DNA of 64,000 nt. It comes from Tilletiaria anomala UBC 951 (lineage: Eukaryota). This document shows positions 1 through 13,081 of the stretch, in pieces (position 1 is the stretch's first letter; the number at the start of each line of letters is the position of its first letter). The notes under the pieces are model-generated. The model had not been told where the DNA came from and did no database searches. It saw only the letters and a list, made by a program, of their open reading frames with translations. Position numbers and translations under genes: made by a program. The stretch lies in assembly GCF_000711695.1 (NCBI RefSeq), contig NW_013547014.1:62001-126000 (forward strand), in the 5' to 3' direction.

Positions 1-2062
1 TGGGAGGTGCTCGGGGACGGCAGACCGCGATTGGCCGCCGGCGTGGGATCGGCCCTGCGGCAGTACCGGCGCCTGTTGGAAGCTGTAAGATGATGAGCGA
101 TAGGACACGCCACCAGACCTTGCATGTAGTGTCAACGGGCTGGCAAAGGACGGGGGATATGGTGGCAGAGGAATGTTTTGCGTCTTTGTTGAGGGGTAGA
201 GCGCGAAAAGAAAATGATACGATTCATTCGGTAAAACCATGATCGGCCCGCAATCGCTGCGCTTCTTCGTTGTCGCAGCTTGCTTCCCGTGTACCAAAAC
301 ATCGAGGCCCTCACTCCAATTGCTGCTACGGAGCTCTGGCCGATCGACCCTCTCCCAACACCATCGACTTGGCTTGGTCCTGTTCTCCGCATCTGAATCA
401 CTATCGAACAGGCGTATGTCTTCGATGACCATCGGAAGCGCAGCCGCCTCAGCGCCAAGATTGGAAACTTGAACTTCAAGCAGCACTTTTTCCCGTATGT
501 GGTGACTCTTATGCAAGCGCTCTCCGGGAGAGATGGGTACGTGTGTCTTCATGCGCACAGATAGAGGGCACTCGGCGACGTTGAACCGGTAGAGTTTACG
601 AAGAGTAGATTCTCGATACTCTTGCTTCTGCTGCGGTGGCGTCTCCGAAGAATGAGTGGGGTAGAGTGGAGCGTTTGCACCACTGGTTGGGGTATAGTAG
701 GTCACAGTGCAGATTAAGACGTGTGGCCCGACCTGAGAAATGTCGTGCTTGACAACGGTTTGCAGCTTTTGGCCCTGTTCCAGCCGTTTGGATTCAATAG
801 AAATGCTGCCGGCCGGATCGTCCGTTTCGTCTAACGCGGCAGGAGGGATGTGGATGTGAGTAAGGAGAGAAGTGTATGTTCGGGCGGCTTGCGCAGGATC
901 CAAATTTGATTGCGCTGACGAAGCAGCTGCACCTGGTCCATACTGCATCTCCACCCGCAAGGACACGCCGGCTACATCCGACGGAGACTCGTTATTTACG
1001 CAGACAAAAGCCGAAAAGGTCTCTCCAAAGTCTGACGAGACAGAGCGGATTGAGTTAGTCCTCGTCCATAGAGATTGCGGATGCCAGAAGCGAGATGGTA
1101 AGCGCCGTGCACTCACAGACTGTCCCGAAGCTTGCAGGCAGCATAAGTATGTTTGAGATGGGCCAATCCCTCACAGTGCTCATCCTTTGATCGTTGATAT
1201 GAGAGGAGTTATATTTCTGTGACTCAAGTGGAGGGGGCTCATTGACTACCAGCTCGTCACGAGCAGCCTGATGCCAAGCTTCCTGCACCTGTCGCAAAGT
1301 TGATCGCCAATGAGATTCGTCTTCAGCGCTCGTCGGTGCGTGATGATAAGAGCTGTAGCGCAACAACTCATTGATCTCCTCCTGTGTCATTTCAGGATCA
1401 AGAGCGTTCCAGAGAGCTTTTTGCTCCTTCTCCCGATCGAAAGCCCCAGAATTTAGCAAGGCAGCCTCCGCGGCTTGATAATCCTCGCCTTCGAAGTAAG
1501 GCCGTTCATATGTAGCGAGCGATGGTTGGGAGATGCGCATGACTTTGAGCGAGAGGGGGTGTCCGGACGCGCTGTTGGAAAGGGAGGTAGGAGGAACATG
1601 CTGGGTACCTGCGCCACGTCCTTGAGCTGAAGGCGCGGACGTGGCAAAACTAGTCTGAGCGTAACTAACAGGCGCGCTACTTTCCCCGACGTTTAGAGCC
1701 ATGGGTGGTGGAGGGACGTACACCGAAGGGTAAGCATGCGAAGAGCGCCCTGCTTGATGGGAGTATGCAGACCCTATCTGAGCAGAAACCCCTCGAGCCT
1801 CGCCCCTCGGCGGTGGTGGTGGTGGTTGAGCTGCGGGCAGAGGCTGTGTTTGGATCCCAGCTTCTGATTGGAAGGCCGCAACCGTCGGACCGTGTCCGCT
1901 GAAGGAAGGTCGACCCCCGGCTGATGATGCCGAAGAGATGCTACTGGAACGCACAAGCTCTTGCCTTCCTACAGCGCTACCCGCGCTACTCCCTACTCCA
2001 TTTGAGCGGTGAGCTGCTGAGGGAGGAAGAGATGGCGCAATGTGCGCCCTTGGATCCGTCAT
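1..2062 (-). CDS. TRAPP complex subunit 13-like (DUF974/Trs65-related), 3' end outside window; intron 1032-1116
   Basis: HPLSLKVMRISQPSL and NILMLPASFGTV, spliced (GTGAGT...CTAAC...CAG) to YFGETFSAFVCVNNE...HVLICTVTY...RKLYRFNV...EKVLLEVQV, characteristic of TRAPPC13; the second exon appears to run off the window (it is absent from the ORF track). Confidence 0.8.
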
Positions 2063-2657
2063 CTGCGGCGTATGCTATCTGCTCCACCAATCAAGGTAAT
2101 GCACCGCGACACAGGGAATCTGCAGGGGCGATCTTCATCTTCTGCCACATGTACTATGTCCCTATATCTGTGATCAGCTTGTCAATTTGGGCTCGAATGT
2201 ATAACCCAGCATGGTGATCACTGAAGGATCGAGAGGCGAAACCAAACGTAAGAAAGCATATCTAGATGATTTGTGGTGCGTAGTGCTTATGTAATTTACA
2301 TTACCGGGTTGTCGCTCACAGGTGACTTTTGCCTGATCAACCTTTTGCCTTTTCCACCGCTTCATCCTGATTCCTGATGTGTGTTCCTGCGTAACTGTGC
2401 CAAGCAGCAAGCCAATTGCAATACAGAGTTTTGTTTCAGCATTGTACTGCGAGGCCCTCATGCCAAATTAAATTCTTTCAGCCGCAAGCTTGCTCTTTCC
2501 TGCGCTGGGCTGCATCGCCGCGTCCCCATTGTCGTCTTCCCCCAGCATTTTGCGGTTTGCCACACCAGCAGCAAGGAGGCACACTTTGATCAGGACCGTC
2601 CGTCACCGGCAATACACTTGCCGAGATCAAGATCCAGCTTGCAATAGGGAAAGAAAG

Positions 2658-4439
2658 ATGGCACAGATGGCATCGTTATCAATACCAGCCTCTATCTTGG
2701 AGGATCCAGCGATCAATGCGGCCATCGAGTCGATCCTACCCTCGGCGTACAATTTCGAGATCCACAAGACGATTCATCACATTCGAACGCACCAATGTCG
2801 ATCGGTCGCGCTCCAAATGCCAGAGGGCCTGACACTTTGGGCCACTGGTATTGCGGACATTCTCGAGCGCTTCAGCGGCGCAGACATGACCATCATGGGC
2901 GACGTGACATATGGAGCGTGCTGTGTCGATGATTACACTGCCTTAGCCTTGGGCTGCGACCTGCTCGTCCATTATGGGCACAGTTGTCTCGTCCCAGTTG
3001 ACCAGACTAAGATCAAGACTCTGTACGTCTTTGTTGAGATCAGTGTCGATCGCTTACATCTTGCCGAGACGGTCAGAGCAAACTTTCCGAGTGACAAGGA
3101 GCACTTCCGACAAACAGTTCTCGGTGCAGAGACTGTTGTGCCAGAAGGAGGCAAGGCTCGCATTGAGATAGGCCTGGAAGCTGGACAAGCAGAAAATTTA
3201 CAGCACAGCTCAATTCAAGAGCACACACGATCGCGACGTTCAACACATCTTGCACTAGTTGGCACGGTTCAGTTTATCAACGCCATCCAGGGACTGAGGG
3301 ATGCGCTGGAAGAAAGCGCACCCCAAGGATCATTGTTACAACCTGATAAACCTCTTTTGACAATCACTGATGGTACTCAAGAGCCTGATCAAAAAGCGTA
3401 CAATCCGTCTACGTCACCAAGCTTCAGCACCGGGAACTATATTATCACGGTGCCTCAGATCAAGCCTCTTTCCCCTGGCGAAGTATTAGGCTGCACCTCC
3501 CCCAGGCTGCCTTCATCCTCAGCGGACCGTGACGGGGTAGACGCGATAATCTACCTCGGCGACGGTCGCTTCCACCTCGAGAGTGTTATGATCGCCAATC
3601 CCCGGATACCCGCTTTCCGTTACGACCCGTACACGAAGCGCTTCATGCGCGAGCTCTACGACCACAAGGAGATGCGGAGCATGCGTGGACAGGCTGTGCA
3701 GACTGCTAGAACAAGCATCGAAGCTGTCGCGGACCGAAAAGTCGACGCTCGCGTTGCAGGGAACGCAAAAAACAGGCACGCGGACCCGGCTTGGGCGGTC
3801 GTGCTAGGCACGCTGGGACGGCAGGGATCGACTTCCGTTCTCTCACACATCCGCTCAATGCTCGCGAGTGGTGTCTCTGACGATGCGAAGCAGACCGGAT
3901 CAAACAAGTCTTTTGGGAAGGGCGCGGTCCCCTCCATTCCGATTTTACTCTCCGAACTCTCACCTCAGAAACTCGCTCTTTTTGGTTCCCACATTTCGAC
4001 ATTCGTACAAACTTCATGTCCACGTCTATCGATCGATTGGGGGAGTGCGTTCGAGAAACCGCTTCTGAGCCCGTATGAGGCTGCTGTCGCGCTCCGGAAA
4101 ACGCGCGGGTGGGACGTTAATGTGGATGGCCTCGGGATGAAGCGGAGGCCTCTTCAAACACAGGCGGAGCGATCCCCTGCAGGCTTGTCGAACGAAGGGT
4201 CTGTCGAGCGGGCCACCGAGCATGTATCGGAAGGAGATATGGAAGGGGACTACCCGATGGACTTCTATGCAAATGACTCTCGAGGTCCATGGACTCCCCG
4301 ACACGGTATGAATGCACCACGTGCGAAGACTGGCAAGAGCGCATTAAACCTGGCCATCCTGAAGCGTACCAAAGCAAGAATGGCGGAGCAGCGCGCACTA
4401 AATCAGCAACGCGAAGCAGGTACCGCGGCAACCGCATAG
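2658..4439 (+). CDS. DPH1: Diphthamide biosynthesis protein 1 (non-canonical radical-SAM ACP transferase subunit), intronless
   Basis: [81 protein letters not shown] motifs; first ATG at 2658. Confidence 0.96.
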   Translation: MAQMASLSIPASILEDPAINAAIESILPSAYNFEIHKTIHHIRTHQCRSVALQMPEGLTLWATGIADILERFSGADMTIMGDVTYGACCVDDYTALALGCDLLVHYGHSCLVPVDQTKIKTLYVFVEISVDRLHLAETVRANFPSDKEHFRQTVLGAETVVPEGGKARIEIGLEAGQAENLQHSSIQEHTRSRRSTHLALVGTVQFINAIQGLRDALEESAPQGSLLQPDKPLLTITDGTQEPDQKAYNPSTSPSFSTGNYIITVPQIKPLSPGEVLGCTSPRLPSSSADRDGVDAIIYLGDGRFHLESVMIANPRIPAFRYDPYTKRFMRELYDHKEMRSMRGQAVQTARTSIEAVADRKVDARVAGNAKNRHADPAWAVVLGTLGRQGSTSVLSHIRSMLASGVSDDAKQTGSNKSFGKGAVPSIPILLSELSPQKLALFGSHISTFVQTSCPRLSIDWGSAFEKPLLSPYEAAVALRKTRGWDVNVDGLGMKRRPLQTQAERSPAGLSNEGSVERATEHVSEGDMEGDYPMDFYANDSRGPWTPRHGMNAPRAKTGKSALNLAILKRTKARMAEQRALNQQREAGTAATA

Positions 4440-4495
4440 AGGCTCAAAAGATATCGCGAAGTTGTATTTGATGCTCCTACTATATTGTACTCGCG

Positions 4496-6653
4496 TCAGC
4501 TGCTTCCATGGGAAACAAAGACTTGAGGGTACATGCTCTGGCCAATCTTGAGAGCTCGAGCTACCGCCTTCTCCGTCTCCTCGAGCGCCAGCTTGACGCG
4601 TTTTGCGCCGCGACCCGGCTGTTTCTCCTCGGCAAGCTTGGCGACCCCATCCGCTCGCTCGCCCGAATTCTTGAGGAGTGTAAGCATTCTCACTGCTCGT
4701 TTTTGTCGCTGCGCTGGAGTCAGCGGCTTCTTTTCCGCTTCATCCTCCGCCTTGATGGCCATACCTGGCGGGGGAGACGGTTGTGGAGCGACTGCAGCCC
4801 AAAACTGTCGCAAAAACTCGGTTGTCGCTGCATGGCAAGATATTAAATGCTGATGAATGCTTTCCGATAGGTCGTCTGAGGAAGTATATATTACGCAGTC
4901 AGTACCAACTGCTCGCCTGCAGGAGCATTTGCAGTACTCACTCTCAGATATATCTTCACTGCGGGCCTCTTCCTGCTGTTTCACACGCTCGAGGATGGTG
5001 TGCATGGCTCGCTCATTCTCTTTGCAATTGGGAACGTAGCCGCCCATCATGCGCGTAGTTGAGTCTGACCAGTCCAGAAGCTGGCCCTGAACGGATCTCA
5101 ACAAATCCTCCAGCACTTCCTGGCTAACATCGCCAGTTTCAGAGCCTTCCCGATCGTGGGTACCTTGAAAGAATCCTTGCTTGTCCTGAGAAACCTCAAG
5201 CGCCCTAGTCCCGCCACGCTTTTCCTCTTCAAGCTGGTTGATGACGATCTGGTCGTAATGCTGCCGTGTACGGGAGATAGCTTCGTCTAGACCTCGATTC
5301 GAGCTGGCGCTAGCGGCCGGGACTGTTCTTTCGCCAGAAGGTCCTGTGACTCTACTCCAGCTGGCTCTGCCTTGCTCACCCAAAGCAGAGTCGAGCAGGC
5401 TGCCGGAATGCTCGTTGAATCGGCGAAGCAAAGGAAGCGCACTCCTTTCCGCCCCTGCTCGCATGGGCCAGTCCTTTGTATTCCCTGTCTCGCCGTGATC
5501 TTCTTCGGTAGCCGCGAGGTCCAAGAAGTTGTCATGGGCATGAAATTCGCGCTTTGATTCGAGCCCGTCGTCCTCCACGATGTCATCTAAGTATTGGTCA
5601 AAGATAAGATCTGCGCGGACAATGTGCTGTGACGCTGCAGATCGCGCCGAGGTGCGCAGCCGGTGGTAAAGTCTAGATTGGAAGTAGCGCGTCCAGAAGG
5701 TCTGCTCATCCATCTGTAGGATGTTGGATGTGGTCAATCGTCAAAATCCGGGCCAGCGTGCCAGGAAAGAGGACGCCCACCTGTTTCGGTACTAGGTCGT
5801 TGTATGCTTTTGCGACCACGGGGTACTGCTCGAAAACATCACGAACCATCTGGGCACTGAGATTTATCTTCAAATTTCCTTCTTCATCATTCGTTGGCTT
5901 GGGGTCCGCGATTCGTGCATTGCGGCCTTGTCGCTGCTGCATCAGCGCTCGTTCTGAACGGAGCAAGGCTGATCTTGTCGGATGGGACCAGAACTCTGCG
6001 TCCCTCATAATACCGCTGATAACCAAGTCGGCATGGAGTGACTTGAGTTCTGGGTTGGCATGCAAAATTGAAATGCGCAATTGCAGCTCCTGTTCCCGCC
6101 GCTTTACCTTTTCCTCGGCCGTCAAGGGGGCTGGCACTGGTGCCATGGGGACTGTTTTCGAAGAGCTATTGTCCTTTGCGGCTGACTCAGGTGCAGACGA
6201 ACAGCCATTAGCTGCCTCCTTGCGGTCGTTGGAGCGCTCTTTGAGAGATTCAGATGCCCCTTCTCTCTCCTTCTTGTTATTCTGGGCGATCCCATATAGT
6301 CTAGTCTTGAATTCTTCTCTGTCATTAAGAGCCCTTTCTCTACCCTCTGGTGCGGTAAATGTGAATAGAACATCTCCCTTTCCGAGGACGCGTAATCTCT
6401 CTTTTTCAGGATCCTCTGGTTGGAAGAAGACAATCTTGAGGCTGAATGTTTGGGACTCTGGCTTGGCGACCGATGCAAGCAGCTTCTCAATATGCTGCAA
6501 TGGAATTGTGATCGATTGAGAGGCCAAGGAAGACTGAGTCGGAACCCATCGCAGCATGTGAGAGGACAAGACCAGCGTACCGCCGATCTTAGCATGAGAG
6601 ACGGAGGCTGCAAGGCTGCTTGAAGATGTGGATGGTGAGGTGTCGGTTGCCAT
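4496..6653 (-). CDS. TFB1: TFIIH p62 subunit (PH + BSD domains); introns 5714-5780 and probably 4876-4941
   Basis: N-terminal PH-like region, BSD repeats (L.SLH.DLVISG..DAEFW; VFEQYPVV...MDEQTFWTRYFQSRL), DLAATEEDH, LLRRFNEHS, C-terminal EFLRQFW. Confidence 0.9.
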
Positions 6654-7135
6654 CTTGTGGATTGCGAGGCTTCCAGCGGCTTGATGCAGCCCTATCGTCC
6701 AGTCCCGTAAGGTCACAGTTGATTCGGACCGGCTGGTTGCTGTTACTATTGTTGAGACTCACTGATTTGGCGAAAATGCTGATGCCAGCTGCAGATCTGC
6801 AATATGGCAAGCTCAGATTGACTCCACTAGAGGAATGATGTTCAATGATTCAGTCACCATGAAGTACAACCAAGGTCAAGATCGTGTTTGAGCCCATGTA
6901 ACAAGTTGGAGGCCGGAGCCTCCGACAATCCAGGTGATTCGGGGCAAAAGTATGAAGCAATGAAATGCAACAAACCTTTCGAAAGTTGGCTTCGGCTGAA
7001 TTCCTGATCTTCATCTTGAACAACTTCAAATTTCAGATCTTAAGTACGCAAAAGCGACCCGAGCTGAAAGTGTGAAAGGATTTCGGCTTGTGTGCTCGGG
7101 GGAATTGTCGAGTCTCATCTTGCACGGCTTTCGAC

Positions 7136-8869
7136 ATGCCGACTGCTCTTGTTCATTTCCCGGCCTTGACGCGCGCGGGCGTGGACGTCCCTAAATCATC
7201 AAAAGGCTTGGCACCCTCAACGTTACCATCGGTATCTTACACACATGCAGCTGCTTTGGGGGCCGCAAAATCTGTGCTTGAGCCAGAGTCTTGGACCGTG
7301 ATAGATGGTGCCGAAAATATAACCGTCGGACCTGAAACGACACATGAATTATACCTGACCGACTACGATCTCATTCCGTTCGAGCAGCTGCTCGGCGCTG
7401 GTGTCTCCGTAAACTCGAAGCCGCACCAGGAGTTGGAAGGCGAAACGACCAGTAGCGATTCGGTGCAGCGATCGAACCGCCAAGCGCAATGCAGTAGCTA
7501 TGTCATTCGAAAGGCTCTTATTCGCAAGCATCACCTCGCAAGCACTCTTCATTTGCACTCGGTCAAGCAGAAATCGATTTCGAGCATTGGAACAGGAAAG
7601 ACTGCAGAGGATTGCACGCCAAGAACATGGCACATTGAGCTACAATATGCAGACGATTTGGATGAACTCTTAATTGACGAGCTCTATGACTTGGCGCAGA
7701 GCATATCTGAGGCTAAGGAGCGACGGGAAACAAGGTGGTTCATTTTGAAGCCAGGGATGTCGGATCGAGGACATGGAATCAGGCTCTTCAATAGCATCGA
7801 AATGCTGAGAGCTGAGCTCGAGCATTTGGACGCTGAGCACTCCGATGAGGAAGATAGCCAAGCTGGCGATAATGATGATGGCCGAGCAGCTGGCGGCCAC
7901 GATGACGAAGATGGCATGCTCGGCCAGCTCAGGCATTTTGTTATTCAGGTGAGCTGCGATCAGCCTCGTCTTACTATTTAAGTGGTAGCATTTGCTCAAT
8001 CTCTGTTTCTTCGGTCTCCCTTCAGGAATATATCTCACGACCTCTCCTTCTTGATCCCCCAGTACTTTCAAATACAGACTCGCTTCTGAAGTCACAAGTG
8101 GGGCAGGGGCGGAAGTTCCATCTGCGAGCCTATGTCCTCTGCGTAGGTGGCTTACAAGTATACCTGTTTGACGAGATGCTAGCCCTGTTCGCACCGGTAC
8201 CGTACACTTCTCCGTCATACTCCGCTGAAGATTATTCTTCCGATCACGTTGACTTGTCCGCACACCTTACAAATACGTGCCTACAAAATAAAGAGGCTAT
8301 CAAGCGTGGCGGTCGGCCATCGGAGGAGAATGTTCACCTTTGGAGCGATCTCAAAGGCACGTGCGTGCGCCAAATTGGCTCTAGCGACGATTCACGGCAC
8401 TTGACGGATGAGCACCTCACTCATGTCCACCAGCAAGTCGCCGCGACTGTCGGCCAAGTCTTCGAAGCTTGTGCCAAGGCAGGCAGCATCCATTGGCAAA
8501 TGTGGCCGAACGCGTGGGAAATCTTTGGCGTGGATCTGCTTGTAGGGTGGGACCTGCAAGATGAACCTACGCAAGGACCTGATGAGGACTTCTCCAAGCT
8601 TAGAGTGTGGTTACTGGAAGTGAACGCGGTGAGTCGCTCCACGAGAAAAATATGATGGACGGGATCTCACATCTTTGGATTTCTGAGAGTAGCAACCTGA
8701 CTTTGCTCAGACTGGAGAACGACTGAGCTCGATCGTCGATGGTGTTTTCAAGCGCAGCTTGGAGATCGCAGTCTTAGGAAAAGGGCCTCGCCAGGTGAAA
8801 TGGAAAGTGGGACAGAGTCGCAGCGGTATGACACTGTGCTTCGATGAAGAGCTCATCAAAGATGTATGA
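7136..8869 (+). CDS. Tubulin-tyrosine-ligase family ATP-grasp protein (Pby1 TTL-domain-like); introns 7949-8025, 8629-8692
   Basis: YVIRKALIRKH, WFILKPGMSDRGHGIRLF, FVIQ|EYISRPLL, RKFHLRAYV, HLTNTCLQ, EIFGVDLL, LLEVNA|QPDFAQTG after splicing. Confidence 0.88.
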
Positions 8870-8974
8870 TGCGATTATGAAATGAGTGTTGTTCAATGCA
8901 AACGCGCAGATACAATACATGTGTTTGGTGCCCTCTGAGTTGACAAGCGCACGCGGTTGATGAGGTGTGCAGTC

Positions 8975-11900
8975 TTAGAACGCAAACAAAGCTGCACCCT
9001 TCTTGCGGCCGAACGAATAGACGACAAGGCCACTTCCAAAGAGACCAACCGTGATGCCGATTGCGACGCTGACCATCCTAAAACCAATGGAGAGACCGTT
9101 GGAGTAGAGATCACCGTCTGAGCCTTTGTACGTCATGGCTAGACCACCGGCCATACTCATGCCTGAGGGCACCAGGAACAGGACGGCGACAGCCATTGCA
9201 GTGAAGGCGGTCCCGCGGAAGATCCTCGAGTATGCATTGCCAAGGATACCGATAATGAAGGAACCAATGGCGGAGACGACATCCGAGCGGCTAAAGATGA
9301 AGTGATTCGCGAGCAAGTTGCAGGCGAAGCCGATGCAAGCGATGATGATCATGACTGGAAGCTCCTTGCTCTTCCATGGCTGCTGGTTGTGCATGCACAG
9401 TAGCAACGAGAAGAGCGGGACGAAGAGGAAGTTGAACCATGCGCTGACGTTTGACTTCCACCAGGGGTCGCCCAAGTCACGCTCGCAGTTGATATTGCCA
9501 AGTTTGAGCGAATTGCCGCTCCCTCCTGTCCCGTTTGTGAATGAGAAGGTGCCATTCCACATCGGCATAGTCTCATTCGCGAGAGTGAAAGAGCCGGACA
9601 CTTCAGTGGACGAAGTGAGTGGCACGTACATCGATTTGCGCGCCGCCGGGTCTAGCAAGAAGTAGAGGTCGGAGCCAATGGCGATGCCAAAGCCGAGGAA
9701 GAGAGAGTAGATGATTGCATAGACCATACGGACCGAACCGGCGATCATATTTTTGCTGGCTAGCTCAAGAGAGCCGCACACTGGGCAAATGAACAGGATG
9801 TTGTCAGAAACTCATTCAAAACGCGTTCGACCAATCCCCACTCACAGATGATGTAGCCCGGAAGCACGAGGACAACACCACTAGACGCAATAGCCTGATA
9901 GCAGAAGATATTGGTGGTGCTCAAGCCGCGGCTGACGAATGAGATGAGAATGGCGACCGAGATTTCGAAGATGTTTGAGTACATCGCGTTGTTCTTGGCA
10001 ACACGAAGCTGCAGGAACATCAACAGAATCCCGAAGCACGCCGACGCCCAGGCATCGACAAAGCTGCCGCCGAACGACAGAGGCGCAATGACGCAGCACA
10101 AACCGCCAGCGATCAAGATGCGCGTCCACACGCCGTAAATTGGTTTCTGTTTGATCAGCTTGGTGAGCTCGGCTGTACCTTCGTCGACACTGCATTCGTC
10201 GTGCACGACGCGGCGGTAAATGGTGTGAACCTCGTGCAGCTGCCCGAGCACCAAGGAGCTGCTGCTCTTGACGAAGTGGGTCTCGGACGAGTGTTTATCG
10301 ATGTCCCCAAAGGAAGCAATGACAATACCGGGGAAGTGGACAAATTGTGCATCGACTTCCAGGACTGCTGCGGTGGCATTGAGCTGCGACTCGATTCGAT
10401 GCGACGGAGCGCCAAACATCATGAGCGCTTTGGACAGCTTCAGAATGAATTTTTGGCGCTGTTGAACGTGGCTGACGTGGTAGGAGATGGTGGTGGCACT
10501 CTTCCGGCGGTCAAAGCTCTTCCGGCGAGGAGGTGTATATTTGTCGTCTCCATCGTCATCATCCCCACCAAACTCCAGCTTGAGATTGCCAAGGCTGACA
10601 CGACGACGGTTGGAAGGCCGCTTGATCGTCGGGTCACCTGTCTCCGAACTCCAGCTGGAGCGACGGTGGTCGAAATTCTCCATCTTGTCACGCTTGAGCT
10701 GCATGCTCTTGCGCGTCAGACCCGTAAGACGCGGATCGTTCTCGTCCATTGCGTCATCGTTGATATCCCAGAAGCTGTCACGGCGCTGAGCAGTTGGGGG
10801 TGGAACTGGCTGGGCGCGAGGCACCGAGTTGGAAATGGGCAGTGTAGGAGGGTGCGACACTGTGTCCATGCTGCCTGACTTTCCGAATTTGCTGTACACT
10901 GGAGAGTTTGGGTCACCATTGAGAGTTGCATCATCGCTTTCGTCGTCAGTGTGGGTATGGAACGACGGCCCAACGACGCCTTGGCCCGGGCTGCTACCAG
11001 ATATGGCGCCATACAGGCCCATGAAGGTCTTCGCAAGGCCATTGCCGGCTGCACCACCAGCAGTAACGTTTGCAGGAAGTCCTGGGGAGCCTGGGCCGAC
11101 ACCAACGCCTAAGCGGTACGAATTTTTGATGACGTCCGCTTCGGATGCATTACCTCTAGCAGCGCCGCGCTCGAGAGAGTCGTCGGAATTTTTAAACTGC
11201 CTGAAGTTCTCGACGCTGTCTCCGCGACGGATAAGCGCAGGCTTGAGCATCGGTGATTTGACGCTACCCGACGCAGTCACGCGCGGAGAGAATGGCTGAA
11301 CCATCGATGGAGATGAGAGCGGGTCGAAGTGCTGGATGTGCGGCGAGAAGGGACTTCCAGTTGGAGGAGGTTGGCCGCCAAAGCCACCCAACCCGTTTTG
11401 ACGAGCTCCAGGCAATGATGGCGTAGCCGGAGGAAAGTTTCCGCTGGTCTGGCGAGCCACAGTCGGCTGTGGGCGCGAGGGCAGTTCGAGACCATGAATG
11501 TTGCGAAAATTGGGCCCTTGTGGCTGCTGCTCTTGGGTGAAGAGATTCCTGAGCTGCGGTGCATCTTGGGTATTGCTGCGACCAGTACTGTCCGGATCAG
11601 GGCCTGACGTGGATGGAAGATGCTCCCGGTTGACCGAGCCAGTAGTAGGACGACGCTCTTTGACACTTTTGTACTCGAGGACGTCGTCCATGTCAAATTC
11701 AGATTCAGTGACCTCGGAGTAGCTCTTGGCATCGTCATTGTGCTCGCCTTTGTTGGCGATCCTGAATGGTTGCTGATTGCGGTCCGATTCGGAAGGAGAA
11801 CGTTCGAGAGGGCCAATGTCACGCACGGAAGCATAGGATGCGACAGAGGGGCGAGGCACGGAGATGGAATAACCAGGCTGGAAAGGTGAGGAGCCTTGAT

Positions 11901-12078
11901 CGTTGCGTGTTGCAGGAGACGCCATGGGTGAGGCATGACCCTGCTGCACAGCAGCTTGATCAGCCATAGCCGCGCGCATGAGCTCCATGTCGATGCCAAT
12001 GCCTCCCGGTTGGCCACTGTCTTCAGAGAAGCGGACGCCACGGCCTGATGAGCCCGTGCTTGAGCGACCGCGAGACAT
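8975..12078 (-). CDS. PRM10: Pheromone-regulated membrane protein Prm10-like (ThrE/DUF1212 family) with long disordered N-terminus; intron 9781-9845
   Basis: RQKFILKLSKALMMFGAPSHRIE, YSNIFEI, LPGYII|LCGSLELASKNMIAGSVRMVYAIIYSLFLGFG, multiple TM helices; ATG 12078 preferred (possible 5' intron ~12085-12167). Confidence 0.9.
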
Positions 12079-13081
12079 GGTCACCTGCAGGGGGTACATA
12101 GAGTAATCGCGAGATCATCAGAGTCAGGGCCCTGAAGTGGATAAGAAAGCCTACTGCTCGCGCTCACTTGGTCCTGTCTGTCGTACTCTAGATGCTGCTT
12201 TCTTCTTTTTTTTCTGTTGGTTTTGCAGGTCCTGGGTGCCCGCCCCGAAGAGCCTCTAGTGCCGTTGGCTGTACCGTTACTCGACTTATCTCCTCCTGGG
12301 TCTCGAGACGTTGATCAGCTAGTGCCTGCCTAGCAAAAGATCGAACGTGATTCAGATCCCTTCCCACACCGTCTCTATATGTCGAATGGTTGCTGTACTA
12401 TCCCGCTCCAAGGCAAGGATGCAGGGGCTGAGGTTGTTGATTCGATGAAGACTTGCTTACTTGCCAGTTGATGGAGAACCGGTCTCCAATCTGAGCAAGG
12501 AGAGAAAACCCTGAGACGACTTGCGCTGGATAATCCTCTCGGTGTTGAGGAGTGAGTGCGGGTGGATGGCGCTATTGGTCCCTTCGGGGCTGCGGAAAGG
12601 ACCGATTGCAAGGAGAAGTAAGCGTGTGGATTGAGGAGAAATGTAACAAATGGATGGTGGTCGTTCGAAGGGGTAAAAGTGGGGAAACTTGTCAGCTCCG
12701 ACCATGTTTATAAAGAGCATCCCATACTTCCATAAGGCTCAGACTACTCACCGACTGGGCTACGATTGACAGGCTGAAGCTTCTGCCTAGCCTGACGACG
12801 TACGAAGAGATGGTGAGGGATGTCAAGAATCAATATGTTACTCGAGCCGGCTGGAGATGTCAATTGTTGTCTTCCATTCCTGCTCCAGGAGCGGGTTGAA
12901 CCTTGGCCAATGTTTGTAGAGATCATTAGCAAGCTTTGGGGGCGGGGCGCTTAGCCAGCATGATCGGAACCTTGGGCCCATCGTCAGTCGACCGCGATTG
13001 GATGCTGTACAGAGTGTCACAGTGCCTGTCTGAAGGTACGGCAACGCCTGCATTCGTACTGAGACATACCCCAACGCTCTG

